This document shows positions 18,685 through 30,193 of a DNA stretch of 64,000 nucleotides, in pieces; position 1 is the stretch's first letter; each line of letters starts with the position of its first letter. The notes beneath the pieces were generated by a model. That model was not told the DNA's origin. It was given only the letters and a program-made list of their open reading frames with translations, and did not search any database. This DNA comes from a phage. A program made the position numbers and the translations under genes. The stretch is taken from NCBI GenBank assembly GCA_013585095.1, contig GCA_013585095.1_3039.1. One strand, given 5' to 3'.

Positions 18685-18957
18685 ATGAATAAAAATATTG
18701 ATACAGTTCGTGAAATTATTACTGTTGCGTCTATTTTGATTAAATTTTCCAGAGAAGATATTGTTGAGAATCGTGCTAATTTTATTGCATTTCTGAATGA
18801 GATTGGAGTAACGCATGAAGGTAGAAAGTTAAATCAGAATTCATTCCGTAAAATTGTTTCTGAATTAACTCAGGAAGATAAGAAAACCCTCATCGACGAA
18901 TTCAACGAGGGTTTTGAGGGTGTATATCGATATCTAGAGATGTATACGAACAAATAA
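18685..18957 (+). CDS. asiA: AsiA anti-sigma70 factor
   Basis: 90 aa; matches remembered T4 AsiA (MNKNIDTVREIITVASILIKF...). Confidence 0.9.
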   Translation: MNKNIDTVREIITVASILIKFSREDIVENRANFIAFLNEIGVTHEGRKLNQNSFRKIVSELTQEDKKTLIDEFNEGFEGVYRYLEMYTNK

Positions 18958-19614
18958 TTATTTAGCCCTTCCTAATATTCTGGCCGCCTGAGCACATATT
19001 GATTCAAGGCGGTCATTACTTATATGATCATTTCTATACCAGTACATGGTTATTGTTCCAGCATAGATATTATCCAAATTAAAATATGGACAACTGTACA
19101 TGTAGTTTATTTCGGGAGTAGGCTTTTTAGTTGGTAAAAAAGCAAATTTTGAGTTGGAATAATAATGACGTCCATTTAAATGAACTGCATATTCATCCAT
19201 AGTTTTATCAACAGGATATCCTCCAAGTGATTTTTCACTTATTGTTGAAGGTAATTTTCCTTCATATGCTATAATATCAACAAAATAGTTTAAGTTTTTA
19301 GGGCGGAAAGAATACACCGCACTAAAGTCTGCCTCAGATGATATGTGAACTATCTGGAGTTGTTCCAGGGCGACAGATTCAAAGCGTGCATTTCTTTCCT
19401 TTTCAATAATTTCACTGTATGTTTCATACTTTGATTGCTTATAGTACTCAAAGAAACTATCTCCCCTATACCAAACAATCGCCATCATAAACAAAAGAAT
19501 TACGACAGCTACCCGGGAAGCAAGAACTTTCCCGGTAGCGTTATCTTTGAACAAGCGATCTAGAACACCAAATAGAATATCAGAGGGCGAAAGTGATATT
19601 CTAGGTGCTGCCAT
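18958..19614 (-). CDS. t: holin T
   Basis: 218 aa as in T4; N-terminal transmembrane segment VAVVILLFMMAIVWY; convergent with asiA. Confidence 0.85.
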   Translation of the reverse strand: MAAPRISLSPSDILFGVLDRLFKDNATGKVLASRVAVVILLFMMAIVWYRGDSFFEYYKQSKYETYSEIIEKERNARFESVALEQLQIVHISSEADFSAVYSFRPKNLNYFVDIIAYEGKLPSTISEKSLGGYPVDKTMDEYAVHLNGRHYYSNSKFAFLPTKKPTPEINYMYSCPYFNLDNIYAGTITMYWYRNDHISNDRLESICAQAARILGRAK

Positions 19615-19646
19615 AGACCCTCCTTTTAAGGATATTTATTCAAAAA

Positions 19647-20432
19647 TTATACTCTTGAACCATATATTGTGCCAACTTTAGTCCAAGTTGGAGCATTACC
19701 AGTAACAGCTTTACCAGCCGCACCGCCGTTATATTCTGATCCTTGACCACGAATATTACATTTACCACCTGCGGCACCAGCATCACCGCCGTTTCCGCCA
19801 TTGTAGATACCGTTTACAGACCCTTTACCGGGTGCAGAAATAGTACCAGCAGTAGCACCTTGTTCCATATTAGCAGACCCACCAGCAGCGCCAAATGGAC
19901 GACCGCCGCCACCGCCAAAGGTTAATCTCATTTGTGAAAAAGGAGAATAATACCCGCCGCCACCGCCGCCACCGCCGCCTGCGATAACACCATTGTTGTT
20001 AATACGTAATCTAGTTCCAATTCCGTTATTTATTGCAGTTCCTCCTGCTCCACCAGCAGAGTTATTTCCGCCATTCCCGCCGCGACCCCAAACATGCACG
20101 CCTGAATTGATATTAAGTGTCACGTATGCATTAGTTAATGAGCTAGGAAAATCTAAGCACGGTTGACCTGTCGATGAAGAAACGATATTGCCTGTAATTG
20201 TAATAACAACAGGAGTACTTCCTTGGGCTTTTATCCAATTTATTAGTGTGTCTTTATTGTAAGAATTGCTAGCACCAATGCTATAATATACTTCTTTAGA
20301 TTGCCCAGCCATTGAACTCATCCAACCGGGAACTGAAACACGAACAGCTTTCATAGCAGCATCCATCCAGCGTTGTCCAGTTTCATTCACGGCAGATTCG
20401 CCAATCCAGCCAGGAACACCTACAATTGCCAT
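19647..20432 (-). CDS. 38: gp38 receptor-binding adhesin (T2/T6 type, glycine-rich motifs)
   Basis: 261 aa; poly-Gly motifs GGNGGNNSAGGAGG, GGGGGGGGGYY, GGGGRPFGAAGG, GGNGGDAGAAGG. Confidence 0.85.
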   Translation of the reverse strand: MAIVGVPGWIGESAVNETGQRWMDAAMKAVRVSVPGWMSSMAGQSKEVYYSIGASNSYNKDTLINWIKAQGSTPVVITITGNIVSSSTGQPCLDFPSSLTNAYVTLNINSGVHVWGRGGNGGNNSAGGAGGTAINNGIGTRLRINNNGVIAGGGGGGGGGYYSPFSQMRLTFGGGGGRPFGAAGGSANMEQGATAGTISAPGKGSVNGIYNGGNGGDAGAAGGKCNIRGQGSEYNGGAAGKAVTGNAPTWTKVGTIYGSRV

Positions 20433-20443
20433 TAAAAATCCTT

Positions 20444-20461
20444 AGAGGGCCGAAGCCCTCT
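20444..20461 (-). other. stem-loop between genes 37 and 38
   Basis: agagggccgaagccctct; on the - strand sits just upstream of the gp38 SD AAGGA. Confidence 0.4.
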
Positions 20462-20462
20462 T

Positions 20463-23400
20463 TTACATAAGTTTAGATTCAAGTTCTTTTACACGAGCAG
20501 AAAGTGTTTTCACAGCTTCAACTAGAAGAGCAATCTGGGATTGAGAAGAAACAGTGAGTATTTTATTACCCTTAATATCTTCAACTTCACGAACTGCTTC
20601 TGGTAAAACATCTTGCAGTGTTTGAGCCACAATACCCGCTTCAGTCTGAACAATTTCACCGCCTATATAGTCAGCTTTATCATAGATTAAACCATCAAGC
20701 TGTTCAACCTTTTCAAGAGCATTTTCAATAGGTCTGAAATTAGATTTCAAATGAATATCAGAACGAATATAAACGTTTGGTGCATTTATATTCATGTCAG
20801 AATAAGTGTCACCCGACTGAAATCTCATTCGGCGTGCGGCGTTAGTAATGATATCAAGAATTCCGTCACCGGATTGTTTAATTCCAGTATCATTATCACC
20901 AAATGCTATACTATTTCCACCAAGTGCGTTATTGATATTAATACCAAATGAATTTGTTTGATTAATACCAGCTACAGTAGCATTATTTACTACAAAGCGG
21001 TTAGCTCCACCTGGAGTCTTTTCAAAGTAAGCAATATAGTTAGTTTCATCTGCAATTTCAATGCGGTTACCGCGAGAAGCATCGCCAGCATGAAATATTC
21101 TCATATTTCTCGGGTTAGCACCAGACTTATCAAAGTTAATGCTTCCATTATTTTTGATGTTAAGGCCATTATAAAACTCTGATGCCCCAGAAACGCTCAT
21201 AGAGTTTGAAATAGTTACTTTACCTGAAGCGATATTGATAGAAAAAGGTCTCAAGCTATTATAAGAACCCGAGGCTTTAGTTTTATCAGTATCGGTATTT
21301 TTATCTGTTAATAATATGTGGAACGTAGTACCATCATTATAAAACAGAGCAGCTGCAGAGCCACTTTCGTCGCCGTTAGATTTGTGACGGTATCCTATAG
21401 TAGTATTTGCCACAAAAGTTGCATTTGTAGAAATATTAGAACTACCCGCGTCAAAAACGCCTGAGCTATTATTAAGAAGTTTAAAAACACGACCTTTAAC
21501 AATATCTACAGGAAGCTCTTCTACCGGTGATTGCGTAGGCCCATATAATCCATGAACTACCACAGAAGCATTTTCTGAAGTGCTATATTCTATGGTAAGT
21601 CTATTTAAATAAGTGCCACAACTAATATAAACATCATACTCATCGCCTGAGGTATTAATATACGCAATATCTTTAATAGCATCTGTTTCACGTTGCCACA
21701 AAACACCGTTAATTCCTTTAGGTGTATTATTACCAGAACGTAATACAATTTCATTAATTGTTGCTTGTTTGAAAATACCAACGTTAAAACCGGAACCGCC
21801 TGTTATTTTAAATTGGACCGTAGCTACACCTTGAGGCATAGTTACTGTTGCCAATTTATACCAACCGCTTACAGAAGAATAGTTAATCCAGCCGGTAGTT
21901 ACTTTATGGTTTAAAGTCGTATCTAAGTTAGCAAAATTGCCAGAACCACCGGTAATATTACCAGTTCTATCAAATCTGACTTTGCCTGCTATTAAATCGC
22001 GAGGTGAAATAAAATCACCGTTTTTAATAAATTCCCATCCAAAATCAGCAGTCTGTGGACCTGTAGAACCGTTATCTCCGCCGCCATGGTAATGAACTCG
22101 GAAATTACCATTATTAATTAAAGTCCCTAATGAATAGCAGCCGTTGCCTTGAACATATCGTTGTTTCAAAATCGGAACATATGTACTAGTATCAGTTCTA
22201 TCAATATTCATATAGAACGGCGCACGGACATTTTCATTATTCTGAGAAGCAAATGAACCCGCGCCTGCCGGGCGAACAGCATCAGTACATTCTGCATCAA
22301 TGTACGCAGCCTGACCTATCTGCATACGATAATTAGGAGAAATACGACTATGACTAGTAACAACAACAAGTTTATTATCGTTGTCTACGGTAATCATATT
22401 GCCACCTCTACCATCATCGCCTAACGTGACAGAATGACGCATTTGTACCATACCGTTATTAAGGCTGATACTTAACGGGCGAAGATTACTTATTCCACCA
22501 CTTTCACCAGCATCTTTAGGGGTTGGAATAATATGCAATGATGCTTCTGAACGACGGAAAATAGCACCATATTCAGCATTCCAAATTCTTAATGCATCTG
22601 CCGTTCCACCAAATTTAGCCTGACCATTTACAGATAATCCATTATTTGCAACTAAACTTGATTCAGTAACAATAGAACCAGATGATGTAATACCACCACC
22701 GGTTAATAATGCTCCAGCAACTCTAAATTGAATTACTCCAGTTGTTGAACCTGGTGCAGGAGCTATACGTTGCGCATAAAAATAATAACCTTGTCCATCA
22801 GCTACTTCAAAAACTGATTCACGAGTGCGATCGCCAGATGCGTTAAATGAATTACCCCACGCTTTAATAGATACATAACTTTTATTCTGACCTGCGCGAG
22901 TACCACCAGCCCACAGTATAGTTTTAGTGCCATCTACTGATGTAGGCGCATCAAGTTGAATACCATCAGGTCTAGCACCAGTAAGAACTAATCCGTTATC
23001 AAATTTAATTCTTTGTATTGAAGATACTGTTCCATTAGCATAAAACTGTACGTTATTAGAGCCAGTTACCAATTTCAAAATACCAGGGTTAATTTCCATA
23101 CCTTCCTGCGTATTAATGTTGGTTTGGCCTTTACCGCGGAAATAATGGGAAAATTTACCGCCAGAATTATATCCAATGTGGGTTTGACCATCGCCTGCGT
23201 TATTCACATCTGCCTGGGTTTGAACAGACAAGAGAGCAGCGTTCGTTCCAGGCATTGTCCAGGTTCCGCCTTGGTCTTCTGAACGTCCAAATAAACCTTT
23301 GCGAGTACTGCGGAAACTGTCAGGAGTAATAGAAGCAACAGAATTCCAATTACCTACTAAATCATAAACACCTTGCTTAATATATTTTAAACCGGTTGCA

Positions 23401-24362
23401 GCATCACCCAAAGCAATATATCTTTCTCCCATTGGAGTAGGAGAGCCGTAGTTGTTAGTATTTTCGTCAGTGGTAATTGTGCCAATAGCAAGTGAACGAC
23501 GTAATACCATTGCGCCATCATTACGAAGACCCATTAATTTAGTAGTAAGTGTATTTCCGGTCCACCAAGAAATTTCATCATTTTTACCGGTTTGAGCTGA
23601 AGCGATTTCATGGTAAATAGTTCCGCCTGATTTAGCTCGAACTTTACGAAGATAGTTTATACCGTTTTCTTCACCGGTTCCAGGATAAACATATTGAACT
23701 AATGATTGCGAATCGTATTGTCCAAATGCTTTTGTGTCTAAAACAATGGTTTTCGTATTAACTTGTGGAGCAGAAACTATTCCAGTAGCTGAATTAATAT
23801 TGCCTGAAGCGGAAATATTACCTTTGCTGACAAATAAATCGCCTGTGTCAACTTGGAAATTACCATTACGATTAAAAGTCCAATATTTCGAATCCCCAGA
23901 TTCATTGATGTAATGAATCTTAAAACTTCCTTCAGCAACCAATGTACCCGCTGAAAAAGTTCCATCTTTATAGCGTTGCTTAATGAGTGGATGATATTCT
24001 GAAATAGAAGTAGTTGAACTTAAATCTGTAAAGATAGGAGCTTTATTTAGGTGTTGATTTGCCCACGCACCATTACCAGCTGTTTTAGGTAAAAATTCAA
24101 TATATTTTCCTGCATAAACAAACTGATTTCCATTGAGATTGTATGTACCGTTCTGTAAATAATCTCCAGTTTGAGTGATATTACCACTGATATTACCGCC
24201 AGTGGAAATGCTTAAGTCAATGATATTTCCTGAATCATCTTTAGTAAAAAGAGTACGGTCTTTTAAGTTTATAGCCAATTCGCCTTCGGCTAATACTGAA
24301 GCAGCAGGACGTGCACCTGCGATTTTGCTTCTTTTAAATTGTATTTGTTTTAAAGTAGCCAT
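20463..24362 (-). CDS. 37: long tail fibre distal subunit gp37 with C-terminal chaperone-like domain
   Basis: 1299 aa; tail-fibre order 34-35-36-37-38; C-terminal RSDIHLKSN...ELESKLM. Confidence 0.9.
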   Translation of the reverse strand: MATLKQIQFKRSKIAGARPAASVLAEGELAINLKDRTLFTKDDSGNIIDLSISTGGNISGNITQTGDYLQNGTYNLNGNQFVYAGKYIEFLPKTAGNGAWANQHLNKAPIFTDLSSTTSISEYHPLIKQRYKDGTFSAGTLVAEGSFKIHYINESGDSKYWTFNRNGNFQVDTGDLFVSKGNISASGNINSATGIVSAPQVNTKTIVLDTKAFGQYDSQSLVQYVYPGTGEENGINYLRKVRAKSGGTIYHEIASAQTGKNDEISWWTGNTLTTKLMGLRNDGAMVLRRSLAIGTITTDENTNNYGSPTPMGERYIALGDAATGLKYIKQGVYDLVGNWNSVASITPDSFRSTRKGLFGRSEDQGGTWTMPGTNAALLSVQTQADVNNAGDGQTHIGYNSGGKFSHYFRGKGQTNINTQEGMEINPGILKLVTGSNNVQFYANGTVSSIQRIKFDNGLVLTGARPDGIQLDAPTSVDGTKTILWAGGTRAGQNKSYVSIKAWGNSFNASGDRTRESVFEVADGQGYYFYAQRIAPAPGSTTGVIQFRVAGALLTGGGITSSGSIVTESSLVANNGLSVNGQAKFGGTADALRIWNAEYGAIFRRSEASLHIIPTPKDAGESGGISNLRPLSISLNNGMVQMRHSVTLGDDGRGGNMITVDNDNKLVVVTSHSRISPNYRMQIGQAAYIDAECTDAVRPAGAGSFASQNNENVRAPFYMNIDRTDTSTYVPILKQRYVQGNGCYSLGTLINNGNFRVHYHGGGDNGSTGPQTADFGWEFIKNGDFISPRDLIAGKVRFDRTGNITGGSGNFANLDTTLNHKVTTGWINYSSVSGWYKLATVTMPQGVATVQFKITGGSGFNVGIFKQATINEIVLRSGNNTPKGINGVLWQRETDAIKDIAYINTSGDEYDVYISCGTYLNRLTIEYSTSENASVVVHGLYGPTQSPVEELPVDIVKGRVFKLLNNSSGVFDAGSSNISTNATFVANTTIGYRHKSNGDESGSAAALFYNDGTTFHILLTDKNTDTDKTKASGSYNSLRPFSINIASGKVTISNSMSVSGASEFYNGLNIKNNGSINFDKSGANPRNMRIFHAGDASRGNRIEIADETNYIAYFEKTPGGANRFVVNNATVAGINQTNSFGININNALGGNSIAFGDNDTGIKQSGDGILDIITNAARRMRFQSGDTYSDMNINAPNVYIRSDIHLKSNFRPIENALEKVEQLDGLIYDKADYIGGEIVQTEAGIVAQTLQDVLPEAVREVEDIKGNKILTVSSQSQIALLVEAVKTLSARVKELESKLM

Positions 24363-24370
24363 AAGTCCTC

Positions 24371-25033
24371 TTAATAATAGCCGAAATCTTGAACAGAATC
24401 CTTAATTACGATTTGGTCAAATCGTGGAACGTGTGAAGGTTGAGATGCAGGATTCTGCGAAAAAAAGTTTGGTGCGGTTAAGTTTCCCGTCATAGTGTCA
24501 CCAGATCGTAACACTCTAGAGTTAGCATTTGCCGTAACAGTATTTATTGCTCCATCAACATAGTCCTTTCTAGTAAGGTCATTTGCTGATACAGGAGAAA
24601 CTGCATTACTTCTTATTTGACCTACTGCTGTCACAACGCCTTTTGTACTAATATCACCATTACGTGCATTAATTACAACAGTTCGGTCTGCTGAACCTTG
24701 TGATGATTTAAAACCAATACCATTCCACGAAACGATGTCAATATTTGCCATAGCAAAAGTAGCTGCATCACCGTTACCTGGATAAACACCGCACTGTTGA
24801 CTACTACCTATAGTAGGAACATGTACTCCTCCATTAAATCGAACAGTCGCGGCGTAAGTACCACCATTAGCTTTAGAAACAAAATCGTTATCAACAGCTT
24901 GTGGTTTATTGTATTCTGAATATATTTTAAATGATTTATAGAGTACATCGTCACCAGCTGGATTCAATGGAAAATTTCCTTGATGCCAAATGACAGAGCC
25001 TCCGGTTGTTGAACCTACTTTTAAATCAGCCAT
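24371..25033 (-). CDS. 36: long tail fibre subunit gp36
   Basis: 220 aa; position between 35 and 37. Confidence 0.8.
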   Translation of the reverse strand: MADLKVGSTTGGSVIWHQGNFPLNPAGDDVLYKSFKIYSEYNKPQAVDNDFVSKANGGTYAATVRFNGGVHVPTIGSSQQCGVYPGNGDAATFAMANIDIVSWNGIGFKSSQGSADRTVVINARNGDISTKGVVTAVGQIRSNAVSPVSANDLTRKDYVDGAINTVTANANSRVLRSGDTMTGNLTAPNFFSQNPASQPSHVPRFDQIVIKDSVQDFGYY

Positions 25034-25056
25034 TGTATGCCCCTTTATTTTAATAG

Positions 25057-25064
25057 TATTTATA
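25057..25064 (-). promoter_or_regulatory. late promoter TATAAATA upstream of gene 36
   Basis: + strand tatttata = TATAAATA on - strand, about 25 nt upstream of the gp36 start. Confidence 0.5.
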
Positions 25065-25095
25065 AAGAAAAAGGGAACCCGAAGGCTCCCTCAAT

Positions 25096-26211
25096 TTATA
25101 CTTCTCTAAATTCTTGCCCAAACACTTTACCAGTTTTAGACGATGCTTGCGTAGGAAGTACCATTATATCCGGAGGTGAAGCAGATTCACAGATATAATT
25201 AACACGAATACCATTGACGCCAAATTCAGCAGGTTTTGAAATGCCGCCATTTCTTGATACTTCAGAAAAGCTTAAATTTCTCATGCCACCTTGACCAGCT
25301 TGTGCAGTTCTTTGTGCGTATATCGTAAATCCCACAGCGTTTTCTGGAACAACTACATAATCTTCCTTTAATTCCCAAGACCCAGCTTGTCCGGTGAACT
25401 CAGCTTGTGTTGAAGAAATATATCCATTAGATGCATTATAAAAACGGATGGATATATTTGTGGTTCCAAGCGCAAGTAAATCAGCATCAGCATATAACTG
25501 AGCTTTAAGATAAAGAACATCACCAGGAATTAAATTATAATCAGATAATTTACTTATAGCAGCTGAAGTTGGTAGACGCGCAATTTCGTTATTAGTTCCA
25601 CCAACCGCTGACATAAATTGCTCAACGCTTTCATACGTTCTTCTTGGAAACCCGGTAGCTCCGACGTCTTCTAAACTGTCAAATACAACATCTAAAATAG
25701 TTTGATAATCATCTGTGCTTTTTCTATTACTCAGTTTAACATGCTCTAATGCAATAGCTCTTTTAGAAGAAGTATAAAAAGCAGCATATGATACGTCAAA
25801 TCTTGACAATATAGAGTCAGATGGAAAGGCAGACGTTCCGGCGGTTCTTAACCAAGATACTACTTCAGGAGGAAAATTAACCTTTCCGTTAGTTAATATA
25901 GCAACAATTCGATTATTCGTCAAAGAATTCATGAAACTAACAAAAGCAGCTGATGTAGTATCATTTGAAGTCGAAAAAGCATATGATTTACTATCAACTA
26001 ATGCTCCGGTGGAAGGGTCAAAAACTCTTAAATGAAGGCCTGCGCTAAATGTTTGACTTCCTACAGGATTATCCTGAAATTTAACGTATGGTCCTGCTGT
26101 AGAAAGCGGGCAAGAACCCGCTATACTTATTTTGTATCTTACTGAATTACTTTCCGATAAAAATGGCGTTTGGACATATCCTTGTCCAAACTCTGCCATA
26201 AATTTTTCCAT
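25096..26211 (-). CDS. 35: long tail fibre hinge gp35
   Basis: 371 aa; position. Confidence 0.8.
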   Translation of the reverse strand: MEKFMAEFGQGYVQTPFLSESNSVRYKISIAGSCPLSTAGPYVKFQDNPVGSQTFSAGLHLRVFDPSTGALVDSKSYAFSTSNDTTSAAFVSFMNSLTNNRIVAILTNGKVNFPPEVVSWLRTAGTSAFPSDSILSRFDVSYAAFYTSSKRAIALEHVKLSNRKSTDDYQTILDVVFDSLEDVGATGFPRRTYESVEQFMSAVGGTNNEIARLPTSAAISKLSDYNLIPGDVLYLKAQLYADADLLALGTTNISIRFYNASNGYISSTQAEFTGQAGSWELKEDYVVVPENAVGFTIYAQRTAQAGQGGMRNLSFSEVSRNGGISKPAEFGVNGIRVNYICESASPPDIMVLPTQASSKTGKVFGQEFREV

Positions 26212-26219
26212 AATACCTC

Positions 26220-29200
26220 TTATTCAACCCATTCAAATTTAACAGTTTTATTCACTGGGTCAGGAATAATGCGAACATTACCAATTCGCAAGAAATCGCG
26301 AATAGTAAGATTCCCCATTGTAGCATTATCAGATGGTAAAGCACCGATATCAGATGGTTGAGGAGGGTTACCTCCATCAAATACCTGAACAAAACTTGAC
26401 CAAGAGTTTTTGGTTTTCTGCCATGTACGTGTCCAGCGAGTGGTACGCGCTTCTGGTGTCGTTGGATAAGTAATCCAATCTTGGTAAAGCGAATCAAGTG
26501 TGTTACCAAATTGTGTCAGTGTACCAGGAGATTTAACTTCTTCGCCACGTTCTAAGTACGGAAGTCCAGTCACTTCATTAGTTTTTTCAACCATTTTAAA
26601 ATAACCCGGGAACTGGTTATAAGTAGCTGAATCATTAATATCAATTGACCAGAATCCTACAGTATCAGATGTTGGTGCGCGAGTGTATAAATCAGCAGTT
26701 TTAGTACCCTGAGAACGAATTCTCGAGTTAACGGTTAAACCACCAGAATTTATAGTAGCGCCTTTGGCAATGATTAAGCTTTCACCGATCGTTACTTGTC
26801 CAGATGCATTATTAATAGCTAAAGGGCGTAATCCATTAAATCCACCGGTCTGATCACCCGATGCAGTAAGCATAAAATAGGTGTTAGCAGCATCATTGCG
26901 AATAAAGAATCCATAGTCGCCATTTATTGCTCTGAAAGCATTTGTTGATTTACTGATGAATTCGCCATTAGCAGTAACTGAACTACCAAATGTTGCAACG
27001 CCGTTAGCGTTCAAAGAACCTGAAGCGTTAACATTTATCGGCATCACAGTACCATTAATGCTAAACGTTATATTCCCAGCTTTATTACGTTGAGAATAAA
27101 AGTGATTAGACGTTTCATCACCAACTTCAAATACAGTAGAACGTGTTGTATCTGAACCGCCACCAAACTGATTTCCCCAAACTCTGATAGTCATCGTCTG
27201 CGCTGGGTTAGTTCCAGTTTGAGGTCCTTTCTCAAAAATCAGACGAGTTGCCGTTCCAGTATTAGAAATAGTTAATGTACTATTTGCCGAAACTGAACCA
27301 CCAAACGTAGCAGTACTAGATGATACAAGAGGGGCACTCAGATTCGTTTGTTGGGTTAAGGTTAGTGAACCATTAACCGTCTGTGCAATATCCCTACGAA
27401 TGAACTGAGATGAATCTAGGCCATCTAATAAATTTGCGTCAGCAGCTTTTGCTTTTAACGGCAGATAATTTGCTAATACACGGTTTAATTCATATGGTGA
27501 TACCGCATAGCTATTTTTCTCATACAGTTCTAAATCTTGGGTAGAACCGACTGTATCATTACCAACGAATGTAATTGAACCAGATGAAGTTTTAACAAAA
27601 CCTCTTATTGCAGTAGTAGCTGCCCAAGTAGGTTCACTCTGCACAATCCATTTTAAATTTTTTGGAGATACAGCAGTATTTGCTGATGTTCCAGCTACGG
27701 TTTCAGCTTGAGTTGCAACTTTAATAACACCTTCTTGCGATTCGGTAGATTTAGTACCTAAAAGCTTTTTAGGAGTTATTAAAACATTATCTAATGTTCC
27801 TGCAGCAGCTTCAACTTGTGTAGCTACACGAAGTGTACCACGTTGCGTCTCATTTGCTTCAAGAATATTAAGGGTATAATGGTCCCAGAGAGTTCCTGAT
27901 TCAACTAATCCAGATAGAGCAACAACAGAAGTACGATCAGTACTATTAAATCTGGTTTTAATTTTTAATGGTGTAGAGATACGAGTATCGTCGACGCCTG
28001 CGTCGAATTCAACTTGTGTAGCAATTTCAGCTATACCACTTAAACTTTCAGTTGCTCTACGGTCATTTAAAGTTTTAGGAGTGACTGCACGAGTATAATC
28101 AGTTCCTGTATTAACTTCACTTTGCGTAGCAATTTCAATTAAACCAATTCTTGCATCAGTTGATGTCTTTTTATGTAACGTTTCTGGCGTTACAACCGCA
28201 TTTGCCCATCCTTCTTGGCTTTGTCCAGCAATTACTTCACTTTCAACTGCTAAAATTACTGCACCTTGCTGTGTTGGAGTAGCTTTATACTGATCCAAAG
28301 CTTTAGGTGAAACAACTAAATTATTAGTGTTTTTATTATAAACATTCGTACCATTTAATTCACGGCTAGAAGCTGGAGTAGCTCCTGCAGTAGATACAAA
28401 AGTTACAATACCAGATAATGATTCAGAACCTTGACGAGCTTGAAGCTTTTTAGGAGTAATGATTGTAGTATCATCAGTACCTGCATTAGTTTCTTGCTGC
28501 GTAGCAATTTCTGCGACACCTCTGCGAGTTTCTGTAGCAGTTCTTTCATTCAGCTTTTTAGGAGTGATGATAATATCATCAGCAAAAGAGAATGTGGTGT
28601 TCTGATTCACTTGAGCAGTAGTTGCTATTCTTGCGATACCTCTACGAGTTTCTGTAGCAGTACGATTAGCTAACGTTTCTGGAGTAATTGCTAATTCTTT
28701 TTGTGGAGAATTTTCTAAATCGACATTAGCTTGAGCTTGTGTAGCTAAAGCAATTACGCCTAATCTTGCTCTAGTAGAATCATTTAAAGAATCTACTCTT
28801 TCGACAGTTGGAACGTTTTGCTGTACAACCCAGTATTTTCCATCAGAATCTTCTATATAAGCAAGCTCTAAAACTGGAACATAATTAGTTTCACCATTAA
28901 AAACTAATTCTTGAACTGTAACCCACTCAGCTTCAGGCGGATATTCTGAGCGTTTTGGGAATTGCAGCAATTGAACTGAAGAAGCAATTTTATCTTCACC
29001 AGCAGCTTTGATTTTAACTGTTTGTCCTTTTCTCATGTAATTCATGGAAATTTTAACAGTATCACCAACAGAGATATCAGTAGGAAGCTGAAGCTCAATT
29101 GTCTGAGTCATTCCATTATTCGCTCCAAATACCATAACTTCTTCATTTGGACGAATGTTTGAATTAGTCGTTATAATACGTAAACGTGCTTTACTGTCCC

Positions 29201-30089
29201 CGTCAAACAATCTCCACAATTTCTCGTTATCATCAAACATCAAGAAACCGTCAATCGATGTACGGCCTTCAATAGAATGAGTTCCATCTTCTTGTATTGA
29301 AGTAGTTTCATCGTATGTAGTAACAATTGTATGATAAAGTGGATTCAGTTTATCTAAATCGACGAAATTAATAATATCGCCATGATTAGCAAATCTTGGA
29401 AGCTTAATATTTATCGGTGCAGCAGAAGTAAATCTACGTACGATAAAATCGTTTGATTGCGCTTGATAAGTATTCGCTGGTGTTACAATTACAGCTTCTC
29501 TACTATAATCAGCAACATACATTTGCCACAGACGATTACTAAAAATTAAAACTAGCTGTGACTTTGGATGAGTCATTAGTACTGAACGTACTTGTTCACC
29601 TCTGAAGTTTACAATACTTTGCACTGGAGCTACAATTAAAACTTGGTTAACTCCAGGTTTTCCTCCAATATCTTGGAGAACGATAGTATCACCATCAATT
29701 GGGGTAGATGGTAAAGTAAATGTAATATCATTACCAGCTGCGGTGTTAACCGAAATAGCTTCACCGGATTTTAATTGATATGAACCAGATGAAACCGTAA
29801 TCCAGTTAGCATCGGTACGTAATGCTCTCCAGCGTCCGCTATTAAAAGCTCCTGCCGGTTTTGGAATATCATTTATAGCAGCCCAAAAGCGGTTATCATA
29901 AATGATTACAAAATCTTTTAAATATCCACGAGTTGGATCATATTGTTGAACTGTGTTTTCTTGAATTAAGTAATCAACGTTAACACCGTCAGTTCCTACG
30001 GCACGATCAGCTAAAGCTACGTTGATTATTTTATCGCCACCTGCGTCCAGACCGTCTTCTGCTCTGAACTTTCTTTTAATCTCGGCCAT
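26220..30089 (-). CDS. 34: long tail fibre proximal subunit gp34
   Basis: 1289 aa as in T4; internal ~35-aa repeats; late promoter upstream. Confidence 0.9.
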   Translation of the reverse strand: MAEIKRKFRAEDGLDAGGDKIINVALADRAVGTDGVNVDYLIQENTVQQYDPTRGYLKDFVIIYDNRFWAAINDIPKPAGAFNSGRWRALRTDANWITVSSGSYQLKSGEAISVNTAAGNDITFTLPSTPIDGDTIVLQDIGGKPGVNQVLIVAPVQSIVNFRGEQVRSVLMTHPKSQLVLIFSNRLWQMYVADYSREAVIVTPANTYQAQSNDFIVRRFTSAAPINIKLPRFANHGDIINFVDLDKLNPLYHTIVTTYDETTSIQEDGTHSIEGRTSIDGFLMFDDNEKLWRLFDGDSKARLRIITTNSNIRPNEEVMVFGANNGMTQTIELQLPTDISVGDTVKISMNYMRKGQTVKIKAAGEDKIASSVQLLQFPKRSEYPPEAEWVTVQELVFNGETNYVPVLELAYIEDSDGKYWVVQQNVPTVERVDSLNDSTRARLGVIALATQAQANVDLENSPQKELAITPETLANRTATETRRGIARIATTAQVNQNTTFSFADDIIITPKKLNERTATETRRGVAEIATQQETNAGTDDTTIITPKKLQARQGSESLSGIVTFVSTAGATPASSRELNGTNVYNKNTNNLVVSPKALDQYKATPTQQGAVILAVESEVIAGQSQEGWANAVVTPETLHKKTSTDARIGLIEIATQSEVNTGTDYTRAVTPKTLNDRRATESLSGIAEIATQVEFDAGVDDTRISTPLKIKTRFNSTDRTSVVALSGLVESGTLWDHYTLNILEANETQRGTLRVATQVEAAAGTLDNVLITPKKLLGTKSTESQEGVIKVATQAETVAGTSANTAVSPKNLKWIVQSEPTWAATTAIRGFVKTSSGSITFVGNDTVGSTQDLELYEKNSYAVSPYELNRVLANYLPLKAKAADANLLDGLDSSQFIRRDIAQTVNGSLTLTQQTNLSAPLVSSSTATFGGSVSANSTLTISNTGTATRLIFEKGPQTGTNPAQTMTIRVWGNQFGGGSDTTRSTVFEVGDETSNHFYSQRNKAGNITFSINGTVMPINVNASGSLNANGVATFGSSVTANGEFISKSTNAFRAINGDYGFFIRNDAANTYFMLTASGDQTGGFNGLRPLAINNASGQVTIGESLIIAKGATINSGGLTVNSRIRSQGTKTADLYTRAPTSDTVGFWSIDINDSATYNQFPGYFKMVEKTNEVTGLPYLERGEEVKSPGTLTQFGNTLDSLYQDWITYPTTPEARTTRWTRTWQKTKNSWSSFVQVFDGGNPPQPSDIGALPSDNATMGNLTIRDFLRIGNVRIIPDPVNKTVKFEWVE

Positions 30090-30142
30090 TCTCCCGGGCT
30101 CCTATTGTGTTTTCAATAATAAGTATTTATACTTGTTTACTT

Positions 30143-30150
30143 TAAGATTT
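30143..30150 (-). promoter_or_regulatory. late promoter TATAAATA upstream of gene 34
   Basis: + strand tatttata = TATAAATA on - strand, about 55 nt upstream of the gp34 start. Confidence 0.55.
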
Positions 30151-30193
30151 GGATGGTATATAATAAAAATCTCACTAATTGAACGAGGTTCAT

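Noticed and set aside
19743-19925. 60-aa + strand ORF inside gp38
   Set aside because: Shadow frame created by the GC-rich glycine-codon repeats of gp38 on the opposite strand
19950-19985. GCCGCC tandem repeats that could look like a repeat array
   Set aside because: In-frame poly-glycine coding sequence of gp38, not CRISPR and not a noncoding repeat
30154-30183. GTTTAC...TATATAAT early-promoter-like motif just upstream of rnh
   Set aside because: The -10 lies only ~11 nt from the rnh ATG, leaving no room for a leader with the GAGG RBS; sits between convergent/divergent late units and is probably fortuitous
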